Shown here: piece by piece, positions 47,201 through 53,776 of the stretch
How the letters are laid out: each line of letters begins with the position of its first letter
Numbering within the stretch: position 1 is the stretch's first letter
NCBI GenBank assembly: GCA_035437945.1
Contig: DAOMZG010000003.1
Coordinates: forward strand, 1 to 61,241
DNA: 61,241 nucleotides
Direction: 5' to 3'
DNA from: Verrucomicrobiota bacterium
Lineage (GTDB): Bacteria > Verrucomicrobiota > Verrucomicrobiia > Limisphaerales > UBA9464
Position numbers and translations under genes: made by a program
The notes under the pieces: generated by a model
The model's database searches: none
Told to the model about the DNA's origin: nothing
Seen by the model: the letters and a program-made list of their open reading frames with translations, nothing else

Positions 47201-48776
47201 ATCCGATAAGGCCGGAATCGAAGCTGAGGAAATCACTGCGCTTATCGAAGTTGATGTCCATCTGTCGCACGGCGGGGTCGCTAAACGAAACGGCGCGCGG
47301 AGCGCCAAACTGGATCTGAGGAGTATCGCTAAATCCCGGACTGCCTAGGCCATCGAGCCGCGAGCGGTTGGCGAAGGTGTAGAGCTGTTTCCCAGTAATA
47401 TCTCCATCATCGAGACGCACAAAATCCACCAAACCGTCGCCATCGACATCCGTTAGGGTCGAGCTCGGGTCGCTCAGTCTAAAGTTCGAGGAAAAGGGGA
47501 CGATCGTGATCGCTTCGCTGAATTGAAGTTCCTTGGCTGCGCCTCGGCTCGACGGGAATTCCCCGCGATTCCAGCAGACGATTTGTTCGGCGGTAAGCCC
47601 CTCCCCAGTTTTGATAATGTCGGGGAGGCTATCGCCGTTGACGTCGGCGATCTGAACGTTTCCGCCGGGCTCAGCTAGTTCGAGCTCAGGTGGATCGATT
47701 TCACGGAGCCGAGCTTCAGTCAGCCGCATGGAAGAGTAGGCGAAAACAAGGGGAGGCAGGAAGTTGTTGGCGTTTCCACTGCGATCGCGTTGAACGATCC
47801 GTTTGAGAGTAGAAACGCCTAAGTCAATGGCACCGTCTGGTGCGTCCATCCCGTCGCCGGCGCGATAGGCGTATTCCAAGTCATAGGCGCGGACGAGGTG
47901 ATCAGCTCCTTCATAGAATGAGTGAACTTCGATGCCGATTAATCGTCGTCCGATTCCGATGGAAAACGTCGGGCGATAATCGTCGAACTTGTCGGGGCGG
48001 TCTTCGTACCGGAAGCGAACGTCGTGAAAATACCCGTTGAGTGGGGAGTAGGTAATTCGCGAAGGATAGAGGATGCCGGACGATTCGGGGTCGTTGTTGG
48101 GCCGGAGGTAATGATACTCGATGCGGTTCCCGTGGAGGTCGATGGTCGTATTCAGCGCCCAGCAATAGGTGCGATCAAATGACGTACTCGCGCCGGGAGG
48201 TGGGAAGGGGTGAGTTACGGCGCTCCAGCGTCCGGATTTGCCGCGGAACTCGCCAAAGATATGTCGAGTTCCGTTGCGCTCGGTCATTTCCCAACTGTCT
48301 GGGATGAAATCGTTGTCCGTATCGATCTGGCGAAAGCGCTGAAACGCGCTTTCGTTCTCACACCGCCAATCACCTTCGGGATTCGAAAGCGGCACGAGTT
48401 CTTCGCCCTGAAAGACGAAGACGTCGTTGTCGGTGTAGGTCGGAAAGCCCTTGTCGGTTTGGCGCTTGATCGTGGGAAACTCTAGGGACCAACCGAGGCC
48501 GACGATGGAATTGCCGAGTCCTGAGTTGTACGAAAGCCGAACGGATGGTTGGAGTCCGGCTCGACCGGGGGGCAGCGCAATGGCAACGCCGTAGCTGGAG
48601 GAACCCGTGTTGAGTTGCGGCTCGAAGGACTCGCCGAGACCTTCAATGGAACCGGCTCCGGAGGGCAGCGAGATGGCCGAGGGTTTGACGCCGGATTTGT
48701 CGGGCGCCGCGGCGTTACAACTCAACCACGATACCCAACCACACAGGACAAAGGTCTTGAGCGCATTCCGCCACAT
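41286..48776 (-). CDS. 2496-aa SpvB / FG-GAP / RHS-repeat polymorphic toxin (fused TcB-TcC-type cocoon) with a Tlde1-like C-terminal toxin domain
   Basis: SpvB-like N-terminus: SLPSGAGSIEGLGESFEPQLNTGSSSYGVAIALPPGRAGLQPSVRLSYNSGLGNSIVGLGWSL. FG-GAP/VCBS-like repeats: DVNGDSLPDII, DVDGDGLVDFV, DMNGDRLQDLV, DLTGDGLADIA. There are many YD repeats and an RHS core (YYHQDHLGSASVVTD...GARFRCPGMSRFTSVD...NRPVNSIDPNGL). I trimmed the start to ATG 48776 (MWRNALKTFVLCGWVSWLSCNAAAP), 8 nt after the upstream stop. Confidence 0.9.
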   Translation of the reverse strand: MWRNALKTFVLCGWVSWLSCNAAAPDKSGVKPSAISLPSGAGSIEGLGESFEPQLNTGSSSYGVAIALPPGRAGLQPSVRLSYNSGLGNSIVGLGWSLEFPTIKRQTDKGFPTYTDNDVFVFQGEELVPLSNPEGDWRCENESAFQRFRQIDTDNDFIPDSWEMTERNGTRHIFGEFRGKSGRWSAVTHPFPPPGASTSFDRTYCWALNTTIDLHGNRIEYHYLRPNNDPESSGILYPSRITYSPLNGYFHDVRFRYEDRPDKFDDYRPTFSIGIGRRLIGIEVHSFYEGADHLVRAYDLEYAYRAGDGMDAPDGAIDLGVSTLKRIVQRDRSGNANNFLPPLVFAYSSMRLTEARLREIDPPELELAEPGGNVQIADVNGDSLPDIIKTGEGLTAEQIVCWNRGEFPSSRGAAKELQFSEAITIVPFSSNFRLSDPSSTLTDVDGDGLVDFVRLDDGDITGKQLYTFANRSRLDGLGSPGFSDTPQIQFGAPRAVSFSDPAVRQMDINFDKRSDFLSFDSGLIGSFYYYFRERDDGPWTELGPIPMNPDMVGFDFSFEQNGAANPEVHLADMNGDRLQDLVYLELSGSGICATLTVRYWPYCAIGRWGEMRVMSLATGDAFQVDHFDLRDLLVQDLTGDGLADIALLHSDGGSSSWLELRINIAGRQWSTPFTHANLPRYLPRDMFAPTTFRQADLNANGSTDLIWCNTGIENSFYWLDLLPGGKPNLLTRIDNSLGKVTEITYGNAVDDLIRARESQHPWQTWCPFPLQVVRRIRTTCGFDLDGVHDSDLGTTDQYLSEFRYRDAYFDGFEREFRGFAFAERIDYGDDVIAATNLVTSPMGDSWGEGLVRAPGWNPTNSPTGQVSSPTLVTRFRYLTGAADGRDNDEYPLGWNGALPVDEISEEGGREEEILKGRQVWEEKLDPWVLYNTDDGADFDRGCWSVFNSVNAAERVRMTPDQYVYSRIRQEWQIRRLYRPIDPALAPPGRFASASPEVGVRDGQGGSGRSVSFAFVSSVTKEIIEANGLLQIALAHPPRPPRVTAKASDYDDFGNLTLQRDFGVVAPGDYDDERFSSTEYSHGGEALHRWIIDKPARMRVTDENGVFVSETRNFYDGPAFQGLPLGTIGDRALLHRVEQIVTDSAALPALTDQSDRPGDPRLPAGSVVQKVRSQYDPFGNSIATLDPLGTPGNLAAGHARRIDYDTAFRTYPVNETIVVGGANADLVISADYDLGFGVITSSTDFNGNLTRYEYDSFARLVAIVKPLDSPAFPTATYEYSPADPNRSRVYQYDRAGNLTLSSSGSIRASSRVMTRLREVASQPGAHVMVSYTDGCGRKLAEAKESDTAGRWIISGAQSYNRRMGMQSEWLPYEIEAGADDSSPPHFGQVWPTGRPPTASLNGDPVVKTDKRADPTGREIITINPPETFTLLTNELTRARAITQILPLERRLFDENDSDPASPYHDTPMVQCLDGLGRLIKVLEVVRLNDDGTPSGTIKEWPTEYQYDLNDNLTHITDSQSNQKWFRYDGLQRKLFMNDPDRGVMIYTYDAASNLRETVDAKSQHIQYTYDGVNRLLSEDYLDALGRTPDVLYHYDVPDSNVPVGDGTYASGNNTKGMLAWAQDLSGEEHTSYDSRGRVESVIKRIPDPQFLSTLSSQPSTPLVSYRTGYAYDSLDRATTLTYPDNDQIGYAYNARNLLQKIIGGVNGLTRGGLVISNILYQPSDQLAWIDYGNGVRTTYGYDPRLRLNSLLTVSQPSTLNSQLINFTYDFDGVSNIRSISDNRPASAVPLDDPRRNTQVFAYDDLYRITRATYNSLTLNSPPSTNFISYSYDRIGNMLAQHSDIVHLEKGLSVTDLGDMSYGGSTGKSGRIGRASSASPGPHALTSLANRKSQIANREYPYDANGNMTLIDGLTNTWDFKDRLIAVENSEMRAEYTYDYADRRIIKRVAKKSSLSAGGEARGEVESVLYPDKYFEVREHDAPTKYVWNGNTRVARVTGSFTTNQRVQRFRLWPGWNLVSLAVTVTVTNALNQLRSSASLSATGEEGLGEGVLPAAVQWNSATGSWLSVIPTDALPAGTVLWINAATNCTAQVTGAYTDPLNRTAPAGASFQPGAGLEELPILGVRADIALWKFDGAIQTWRVHYATNLTSQSDFPATLAVGDGFMAPTDAPTTLEVPASELRIRYYHQDHLGSASVVTDSQGSRIADRYFYAFGHSRANANQSNITEIYTFTQKETDQESLLEYFGARFRCPGMSRFTSVDRLYENADSLDRGRLVRFLSTPQMLNLYSYCINRPVNSIDPNGLDWLKYTGTKLIWYAGNKGDTSKPLDTFKATSGIPGMQSAMFQNKKAGLASGGPLPEGSYKINLRPSPDRTAPVDSRTGEITRSKERGIEQIPEKACRTDGQCFTYGAQGTEGDWGNRRAALEPDSGNKMYGRGDFYVHDSDKGYTHGCIETESRFFSKLLEYRTTSSDTTLDVVVDYPKGNASTYGETDKNQK
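41289..41867 (-). other. C-terminal 193-aa toxin tip: Tlde1 / YkuD-like L,D-transpeptidase-fold domain, low-GC
   Basis: It follows the DPNGL autoproteolysis motif. It contains SGIPGMQSAMFQNKKAGLASGGPLPEGSYKINL and the active-site-like FYVHDSDKGYTHGCIE motif (H...(S/T)HGC, as in YkuD/Tlde1). The DNA is visibly AT-richer than the rest of the gene. Confidence 0.65.
43090..43120. repeat. heptanucleotide tandem repeat (CGATTTG) x4.4 inside the RHS coding sequence
   Basis: Read directly. It encodes ANRKSQIANR on the minus strand. The unit length is not a multiple of 3. Confidence 0.9.
43310..43829. repeat. three separate 28-bp blocks, each made of four TTGAGRG-like heptamers, inside the RHS coding sequence
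   Basis: The blocks are at 43310-43337, 43494-43521 (TTGAGAG TTGAGGG TTGAGGG TTGAGAG) and 43802-43829. Each encodes an S/T/P/N/Q-rich peptide (SLTLNSPPSTN, SQPSTLNSQ, STLSSQPST) just before a YxYD-type repeat strand. Confidence 0.85.
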
Positions 48777-48784
48777 CTCATGGG

Positions 48785-50005
48785 TTAGAGTTTGATCAAA
48801 TAGTGGACGTAAACGTTGTTTGGGCGAGTCTCGGAACCGCCGACACTTTCGGAATTTTGCGCATCCACATTGCCCCCAGCAGCAGCTCCCCACATAACGT
48901 GAGTTGGGTTTGGCGGCCTATTGTTCCCAGTGTTGTACGCGCTCCCACCATTGTTATTCGGTGTGTTATTCGCAGTTCCATGAAAGTGAGCCTTGAAAGC
49001 GTTGGCTTGCACGCTGCCCACTCGGTTTTGTCCGTTGCCGGTCCCTCGAGCCGGCACTCGAGAATTGGCGTCGAAATCCTGATAGCCATCATCGCGATTT
49101 CCCGTCACTCCACGAAGGAACATGCCGCGTAGGTCCGGCACTCGGAATTGCTTACCGCCGTCCCCTTTGCCGCTTGAGAACCCGATCACGCTAAACAATC
49201 GTACATACTTCGGTTGGTCACCGTCCAGAACTTGTCCCCAGCAAAACTCCCACCCGGCAGGCGGGACTGAGTTCGTTCCCATCCACGCGATGATGGTCCC
49301 GGGAGGATTCATGAGATCTTGAATTAATTCTAAAGTCAGGTGGCTAAGGTTAATGGAGTTGGTGGAGATCTGATCCGTTCCGATGACGGCGCCGGCCATG
49401 TGGGCAGACGTGATCGTATTCGAAGCGATGAGGCTTCCGGTGAGCGAGAACGGCTTAATTTGGGCCGCAGTCACGCTTCCAGGCCCGAGGCGACCACCGT
49501 CAATTCGAGCGGTGGCGGGGTTCGTCACGCCCTCGACAAACAACGAAGACCAGTCATGGCCGTCCAATAGCCGGCTATCGGCTGCCTCTTTGGCAAATAC
49601 CACCGGCAGTATCGCCTGCCTTGGCAGCATCGGCGGATCTGCCGGGGTGATCGCGTTGTCTGGCCGTCCTTCGGGTCCGCTCACATCCACGGTGATTTCG
49701 AGATAAAGCTGGCGGTCGAAATCAACCTCAGGAGGGAAGGGACTCTTGGTTCCGAGTATCACATTAACGAGTCCGCCGTTGACCGTCGTGCGGTGCAGCT
49801 CCCCCGACCACCTGGGCGACCCTCCTGAGGGTTCCTCATAGATCTTGAACTGAATCAGGCGCACGCCGTCGGGCACAGCCGCGCCGTTCGGATCGGTTAA
49901 CCGGCCCTGAAAGGGTAGTAGTTTGGGCGCCGCAACTTGACTCCAGCCGTTGCGGGCACCGAGCAAAGAGAATGTCAGGAATAGAGCTAATCGGATTGGG
50001 TTCAT
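48785..50005 (-). CDS. tail-fibre-like secreted protein with a C-terminal phage tail-collar (MdpB-like) domain, paralogue A
   Basis: I trimmed the start to ATG 50005 (MNPIRLALFLTFSLLGARNGWSQ). It has the shared N-domain LLPFQGRLTDPNGAAVPDGVRLIQFKIYEEPSGGSPRWSGELHRTTVNGGLVNV. Collar motif: PPGTIIAWMG...PAGWEFCWGQVL...YVRLFSVIG...FRVPDLRGMFLRG...ETRPNNVYVHYLIKL. Confidence 0.8.
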   Translation of the reverse strand: MNPIRLALFLTFSLLGARNGWSQVAAPKLLPFQGRLTDPNGAAVPDGVRLIQFKIYEEPSGGSPRWSGELHRTTVNGGLVNVILGTKSPFPPEVDFDRQLYLEITVDVSGPEGRPDNAITPADPPMLPRQAILPVVFAKEAADSRLLDGHDWSSLFVEGVTNPATARIDGGRLGPGSVTAAQIKPFSLTGSLIASNTITSAHMAGAVIGTDQISTNSINLSHLTLELIQDLMNPPGTIIAWMGTNSVPPAGWEFCWGQVLDGDQPKYVRLFSVIGFSSGKGDGGKQFRVPDLRGMFLRGVTGNRDDGYQDFDANSRVPARGTGNGQNRVGSVQANAFKAHFHGTANNTPNNNGGSAYNTGNNRPPNPTHVMWGAAAGGNVDAQNSESVGGSETRPNNVYVHYLIKL

Positions 50006-50111
50006 TGGAATAAGTGAGAGAGGCAGATAGGAAGTAATGCTCGTTGGGAAAGCAGCGATAATCGGCAAGTCAGCACCGTGTCAACAACTCCAGGCGTCAG
50101 AGGTTTTCCAA

Positions 50112-51302
50112 CTACAACTCATAAGCCACAAGTTGAGAATGGGAAACGAAGGCATTAGCTCCTTCGTAGAGGATAATGCGCACTTTAAAAGAATGGGTTC
50201 CGGCGGGGAGCGGTCGAATCACCCAAACTGAACTGGCAGGAACGCCGAGGAAGTTGTCTAACGCAGTGCTGACGCCGCATTCAGCCATTCGATCGTTGGA
50301 ATTTCGCATTATCTGAACCCCAACCCCTCGCTGGCCGGCAATTGGATTAGTGCCGCCATCCACACCCAAAGTGCTTGTCGAGCCGATGCCATCGTGCACA
50401 AGTCCAATAAAGACCGGTCGCCCAGAGGATTCGAGGGTCACTTGAAGGGCAGGTACATCCGTCCACACGCCTTTAGCGCTTACGACAAAACTGCCCGAGG
50501 AGCCGCTAATGGCACACTGGCCGATCCGCGCCGAGGCGCCGACCGTGCGCGGGCTCAACTTCGATGGTGTAATCGCACCATCCTTGATGTTCGCGGTGTC
50601 TAACTCGAAGTTCCCCGCCAACTCCTTGACAGTGAGCTTCTCTGAAACATTCGCATTCTTCGTCAGCTCGAGGCTGCCTTCGACTTTTAGATCTCCTGCA
50701 ACCTGTAGGCGAGTTTGAGGCGCCGTGACGCCAATTCCGACCCGCCCTATGTCATCTACTACGACCGCTCCCGAGGGGTCGCCATCGCGGGCGTCAAGTT
50801 GACTAAGAACACCAATGTGGCGGTCATTGATGACTCCATCGGCAATCTTGGCCGACGTAATTGCGCCATCGACAATTGATCTTGCCAGGCCGCTCTCCTT
50901 GGCGAAAACCACCGGCAGGATTGCTTGCCTGGGCAGCATCGGCGGATCCGCTGGGGTGATCGCGTTGTCGGGGAGTCCATTGGGTCCGCTGACATCGACG
51001 GTGGTTTCGAGATAAAGCTGTCGGTCGAAATCGACATCCGCGGTGAACGGACTTTTGGTTCCGAGGATTACATTGACGAGACCGCCGTTGACGGTGGTAC
51101 GATGCAGCTCCCCGGACCATTTTGGAGAACCGCCAGAGGGCTCCTCGAAGACCTTGAATTGAATTAGTCGAACACCGTCGGGCACGGCCATACCATTTTG
51201 GTCGGTCAGACGACCCTGAAAGGGAAGCAGACGAGGTACGGTTTGCGCGGAGGCTGACACCACGAGCAACCAGCTGAAGCAAATGGCTGTCGGAGCTTTC
51301 AT
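50112..51302 (-). CDS. tail-fibre-like secreted protein, paralogue B (shared N-domain, different non-collar C-terminus)
   Basis: It has the same N-terminal ~150 aa as its neighbours. The C-terminal ~200 aa (..QTRLQVAGDLKVEGSLELTKNANV...THSFKVRIILYEGANAFVSHSQLVAYEL) lacks the collar motifs. Confidence 0.8.
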   Translation of the reverse strand: MKAPTAICFSWLLVVSASAQTVPRLLPFQGRLTDQNGMAVPDGVRLIQFKVFEEPSGGSPKWSGELHRTTVNGGLVNVILGTKSPFTADVDFDRQLYLETTVDVSGPNGLPDNAITPADPPMLPRQAILPVVFAKESGLARSIVDGAITSAKIADGVINDRHIGVLSQLDARDGDPSGAVVVDDIGRVGIGVTAPQTRLQVAGDLKVEGSLELTKNANVSEKLTVKELAGNFELDTANIKDGAITPSKLSPRTVGASARIGQCAISGSSGSFVVSAKGVWTDVPALQVTLESSGRPVFIGLVHDGIGSTSTLGVDGGTNPIAGQRGVGVQIMRNSNDRMAECGVSTALDNFLGVPASSVWVIRPLPAGTHSFKVRIILYEGANAFVSHSQLVAYEL

Positions 51303-51305
51303 ATC

Positions 51306-52505
51306 TCAATACCTGATGATGTAGTTCACGTACACGTTCTTCGGGCGGCTCTCTGTTGAAGTTCTGGCTGGGGGCAGCTCTTCGGCCGCATAAAGTTCGG
51401 CTGCGGCATCGTTCCTAACAAATGGGTTCGGAAGCACCGCGGAGTCCGCGGAGCCTGGCGACAGCCGGCTGGACGTGACGCGTTCCGCAACCGCCTCCGG
51501 AAAGTACACCTTGTGATTGTGGGCTTGAAACGCGTCGTCCTGCCAGCTCCCGGGAGCGTCGTTTGGCTCACCTGGATGGGCGAATCTCCTGTCCACGTCC
51601 GGATCACGATAGCCGTCCTCTCGACCACGGTTGGCACCGCGGAGGAAGAAGCCGCGGAGGTCGGGAAGTCGGAATTGGGTCGTGTCACTTGGCGTGCCCG
51701 CAATTCCACCGATAACGCTGTAGAGCCGTCCGTACTCGCCCTTTGGCAGGAGACGTCCATCGCAGATCAGCCAGCCCGGCGGGTCGTTTGTTCCCATGTA
51801 TGCGCTCACGGTTCCTGGCGGGGCCAACAGTTCCATCGCGGCTGTGTCGATCTTCTCCGCGGTGACCGCTCCGGCCGCTAGTTGCTCTGTGCCCACCGAG
51901 GCGGGAACCAGTTTTTCGGCAGCGATGGTTGCGTCGGTGATCTTCGAACCTGGCAATGCTCCATCGCCGATTGCGGCGGCGGGCAGGGTGCCGTCAGAGA
52001 TTTTGCTCCCTAGGAGGCGACCATTTACGGGGTCGTTCCTGTCCAGCAAGGCGGCCCAGTCATGACCAGCGAGATTGTGGCTGTCCCTGGCTTGAGCAGC
52101 CTCCTTGGCAAAAACGACCGGCAGCAGCACCTGCCGCGGCAGCATCGGCGGGTCGGCCGCGGTGATTGCGTTGTCGGTATTGATATCGACGGTGATTTCG
52201 AGATAAATCTGCCGGTCGAAATCGACGCCGGTAAGTGGGGTCTTGCTGCCGAGCAGGACATTCACTAGTCCGCCGTTGACGGTGGTGCGGTGCAGTTCCC
52301 CGGACCACTTAGGTGGCCCCCCTGAGGGCTCATCGAACATCTTGAACTGAATCAAGCGCACACCGTCGTGTACGGCCACGCCGTTCGGGTCCGTCAGACG
52401 ACCCTGGAAGGGGAGAAGCTTGGGGGCGGGTTGAGCCAAGACGAAGGCGGTCGTGAGCAATGCGGAGCACAACGCACGCCCGCAAATGCCTTTCATGATT
52501 TTCAT
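51306..52505 (-). CDS. tail-fibre-like secreted protein with a tail-collar domain, paralogue C
   Basis: It has the shared N-domain. Collar motif: PPGTVSAYMGTNDPPGWLICDGRLL...YGRLYSVIGG...FRLPDLRGFFLRG...ESRPKNVYVNYIIRY. Its stop lies 3 nt from the start of paralogue B. Confidence 0.8.
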   Translation of the reverse strand: MKIMKGICGRALCSALLTTAFVLAQPAPKLLPFQGRLTDPNGVAVHDGVRLIQFKMFDEPSGGPPKWSGELHRTTVNGGLVNVLLGSKTPLTGVDFDRQIYLEITVDINTDNAITAADPPMLPRQVLLPVVFAKEAAQARDSHNLAGHDWAALLDRNDPVNGRLLGSKISDGTLPAAAIGDGALPGSKITDATIAAEKLVPASVGTEQLAAGAVTAEKIDTAAMELLAPPGTVSAYMGTNDPPGWLICDGRLLPKGEYGRLYSVIGGIAGTPSDTTQFRLPDLRGFFLRGANRGREDGYRDPDVDRRFAHPGEPNDAPGSWQDDAFQAHNHKVYFPEAVAERVTSSRLSPGSADSAVLPNPFVRNDAAAELYAAEELPPARTSTESRPKNVYVNYIIRY

Positions 52506-52603
52506 AGATTCAACATTGAACGATGTAGTGTAGCTTTCGGACGCGTCTCAGTGTGCACTCTTGCATTCAGTTCGCTACTCCTGACAAATGAGGTTTGATA
52601 CAC

Positions 52604-53758
52604 TTAGTACTTAATCATGTAATTAACATAGGCATTTTTGGGGCGCGATTCCAGGCCGCCAGCAGGGTCCAAAGCGCCTGAAAGATCGATAGGCTCATAT
52701 CTTTGAAGCTGGAGTCCGTAGCCGTTGTCGGTAATAATACCCAAGGGTTGATTAGGGCCCGGGTTAGTCTCAACTCCGCGAAGAGAGTGTCGATGGGATT
52801 TAATGTCATCAGATTGATAACTACCAACCGAATTACCTGTGATTCCATTCGGCAGTCGCGCGATCCGACTATGTCTATCAGGGTCTAAGAACATATCTCC
52901 CCGGTTGTTGTTTACGCCACGGAGAAATACGCCCTGAAGATCAGGCAGACAAAAATCCTCCGAACTATTGAACCCCCAATTCGTGCTGATAGCGGTGAAC
53001 AACCGTTGATACTTTGAGTCGGCCCGCAGCAGGGCGGTCCCATCACAAAGCAACCACCCGCGAGGAATATTTGATCCCGCGAAGGCCACGACGGTGCCTG
53101 GCGGTATCAATAGGTCCAGCACCGCCTCGGCTAGCTCATTGGTTGTAATGCTCCGAGGAACAATCCGATCCGCCCCGATGGAACCCATTGCGATCTGGCG
53201 TGAACCGATGGAATTGGTAACGATTTTGGACGCAGGTAGGGAATTGTCGGCCAGCTTCGACACCGGAATCGACAGCGTGGGGTCGTTTGTTCCGAAAATT
53301 GGGGTCCAATCATACCCATTGAGTTTGCGGCTGTTCGCCGCCTCCTTGGCGAAAACCACCGGCAGGATAGCCTGCCTTGGCAGCATCGGCGGATCCGCTG
53401 GGGTGATGGCGTTGTCGGGGAGTCCATTCGGTCCGCTGACGTCCACGGTGAGTTCAAGGTAAAGCTGCCGGTCGAAATCGAAGCCGGTGAATGGAGTTTT
53501 GCTGCCGAGCAGGATATTCACCAGTCCGCCGTTCACGGTGGTGCGATGCAACTCGCCTGCCCACACCGGGGAGCCTCCCGACGGTATGTCGAAAATGTTA
53601 AATTGAATCAAGCGCACCCCGTCGGGCACGGCCACCCCGTTCTGGTCGGTGAGCCGTCCCTGGAAGGGGAGGAGGCGCGGAACAGTTTGGGCCGAGAGCT
53701 GAAATTGCCACCATGCGATGGTCCACAAGAAAACAACGAGACGAATGACGCTGTTCAT
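52604..53758 (-). CDS. tail-fibre-like secreted protein with a tail-collar domain, paralogue D
   Basis: It has the shared N-domain. Collar motif: PPGTVVAFAGSNIPRGWLLCDGTALL...YQRLFTAIS...FCLPDLQGVFLRG...ESRPKNAYVNYMIKY. Confidence 0.8.
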   Translation of the reverse strand: MNSVIRLVVFLWTIAWWQFQLSAQTVPRLLPFQGRLTDQNGVAVPDGVRLIQFNIFDIPSGGSPVWAGELHRTTVNGGLVNILLGSKTPFTGFDFDRQLYLELTVDVSGPNGLPDNAITPADPPMLPRQAILPVVFAKEAANSRKLNGYDWTPIFGTNDPTLSIPVSKLADNSLPASKIVTNSIGSRQIAMGSIGADRIVPRSITTNELAEAVLDLLIPPGTVVAFAGSNIPRGWLLCDGTALLRADSKYQRLFTAISTNWGFNSSEDFCLPDLQGVFLRGVNNNRGDMFLDPDRHSRIARLPNGITGNSVGSYQSDDIKSHRHSLRGVETNPGPNQPLGIITDNGYGLQLQRYEPIDLSGALDPAGGLESRPKNAYVNYMIKY

Positions 53759-53776
53759 ATTGTCGATTCAGGCTAT

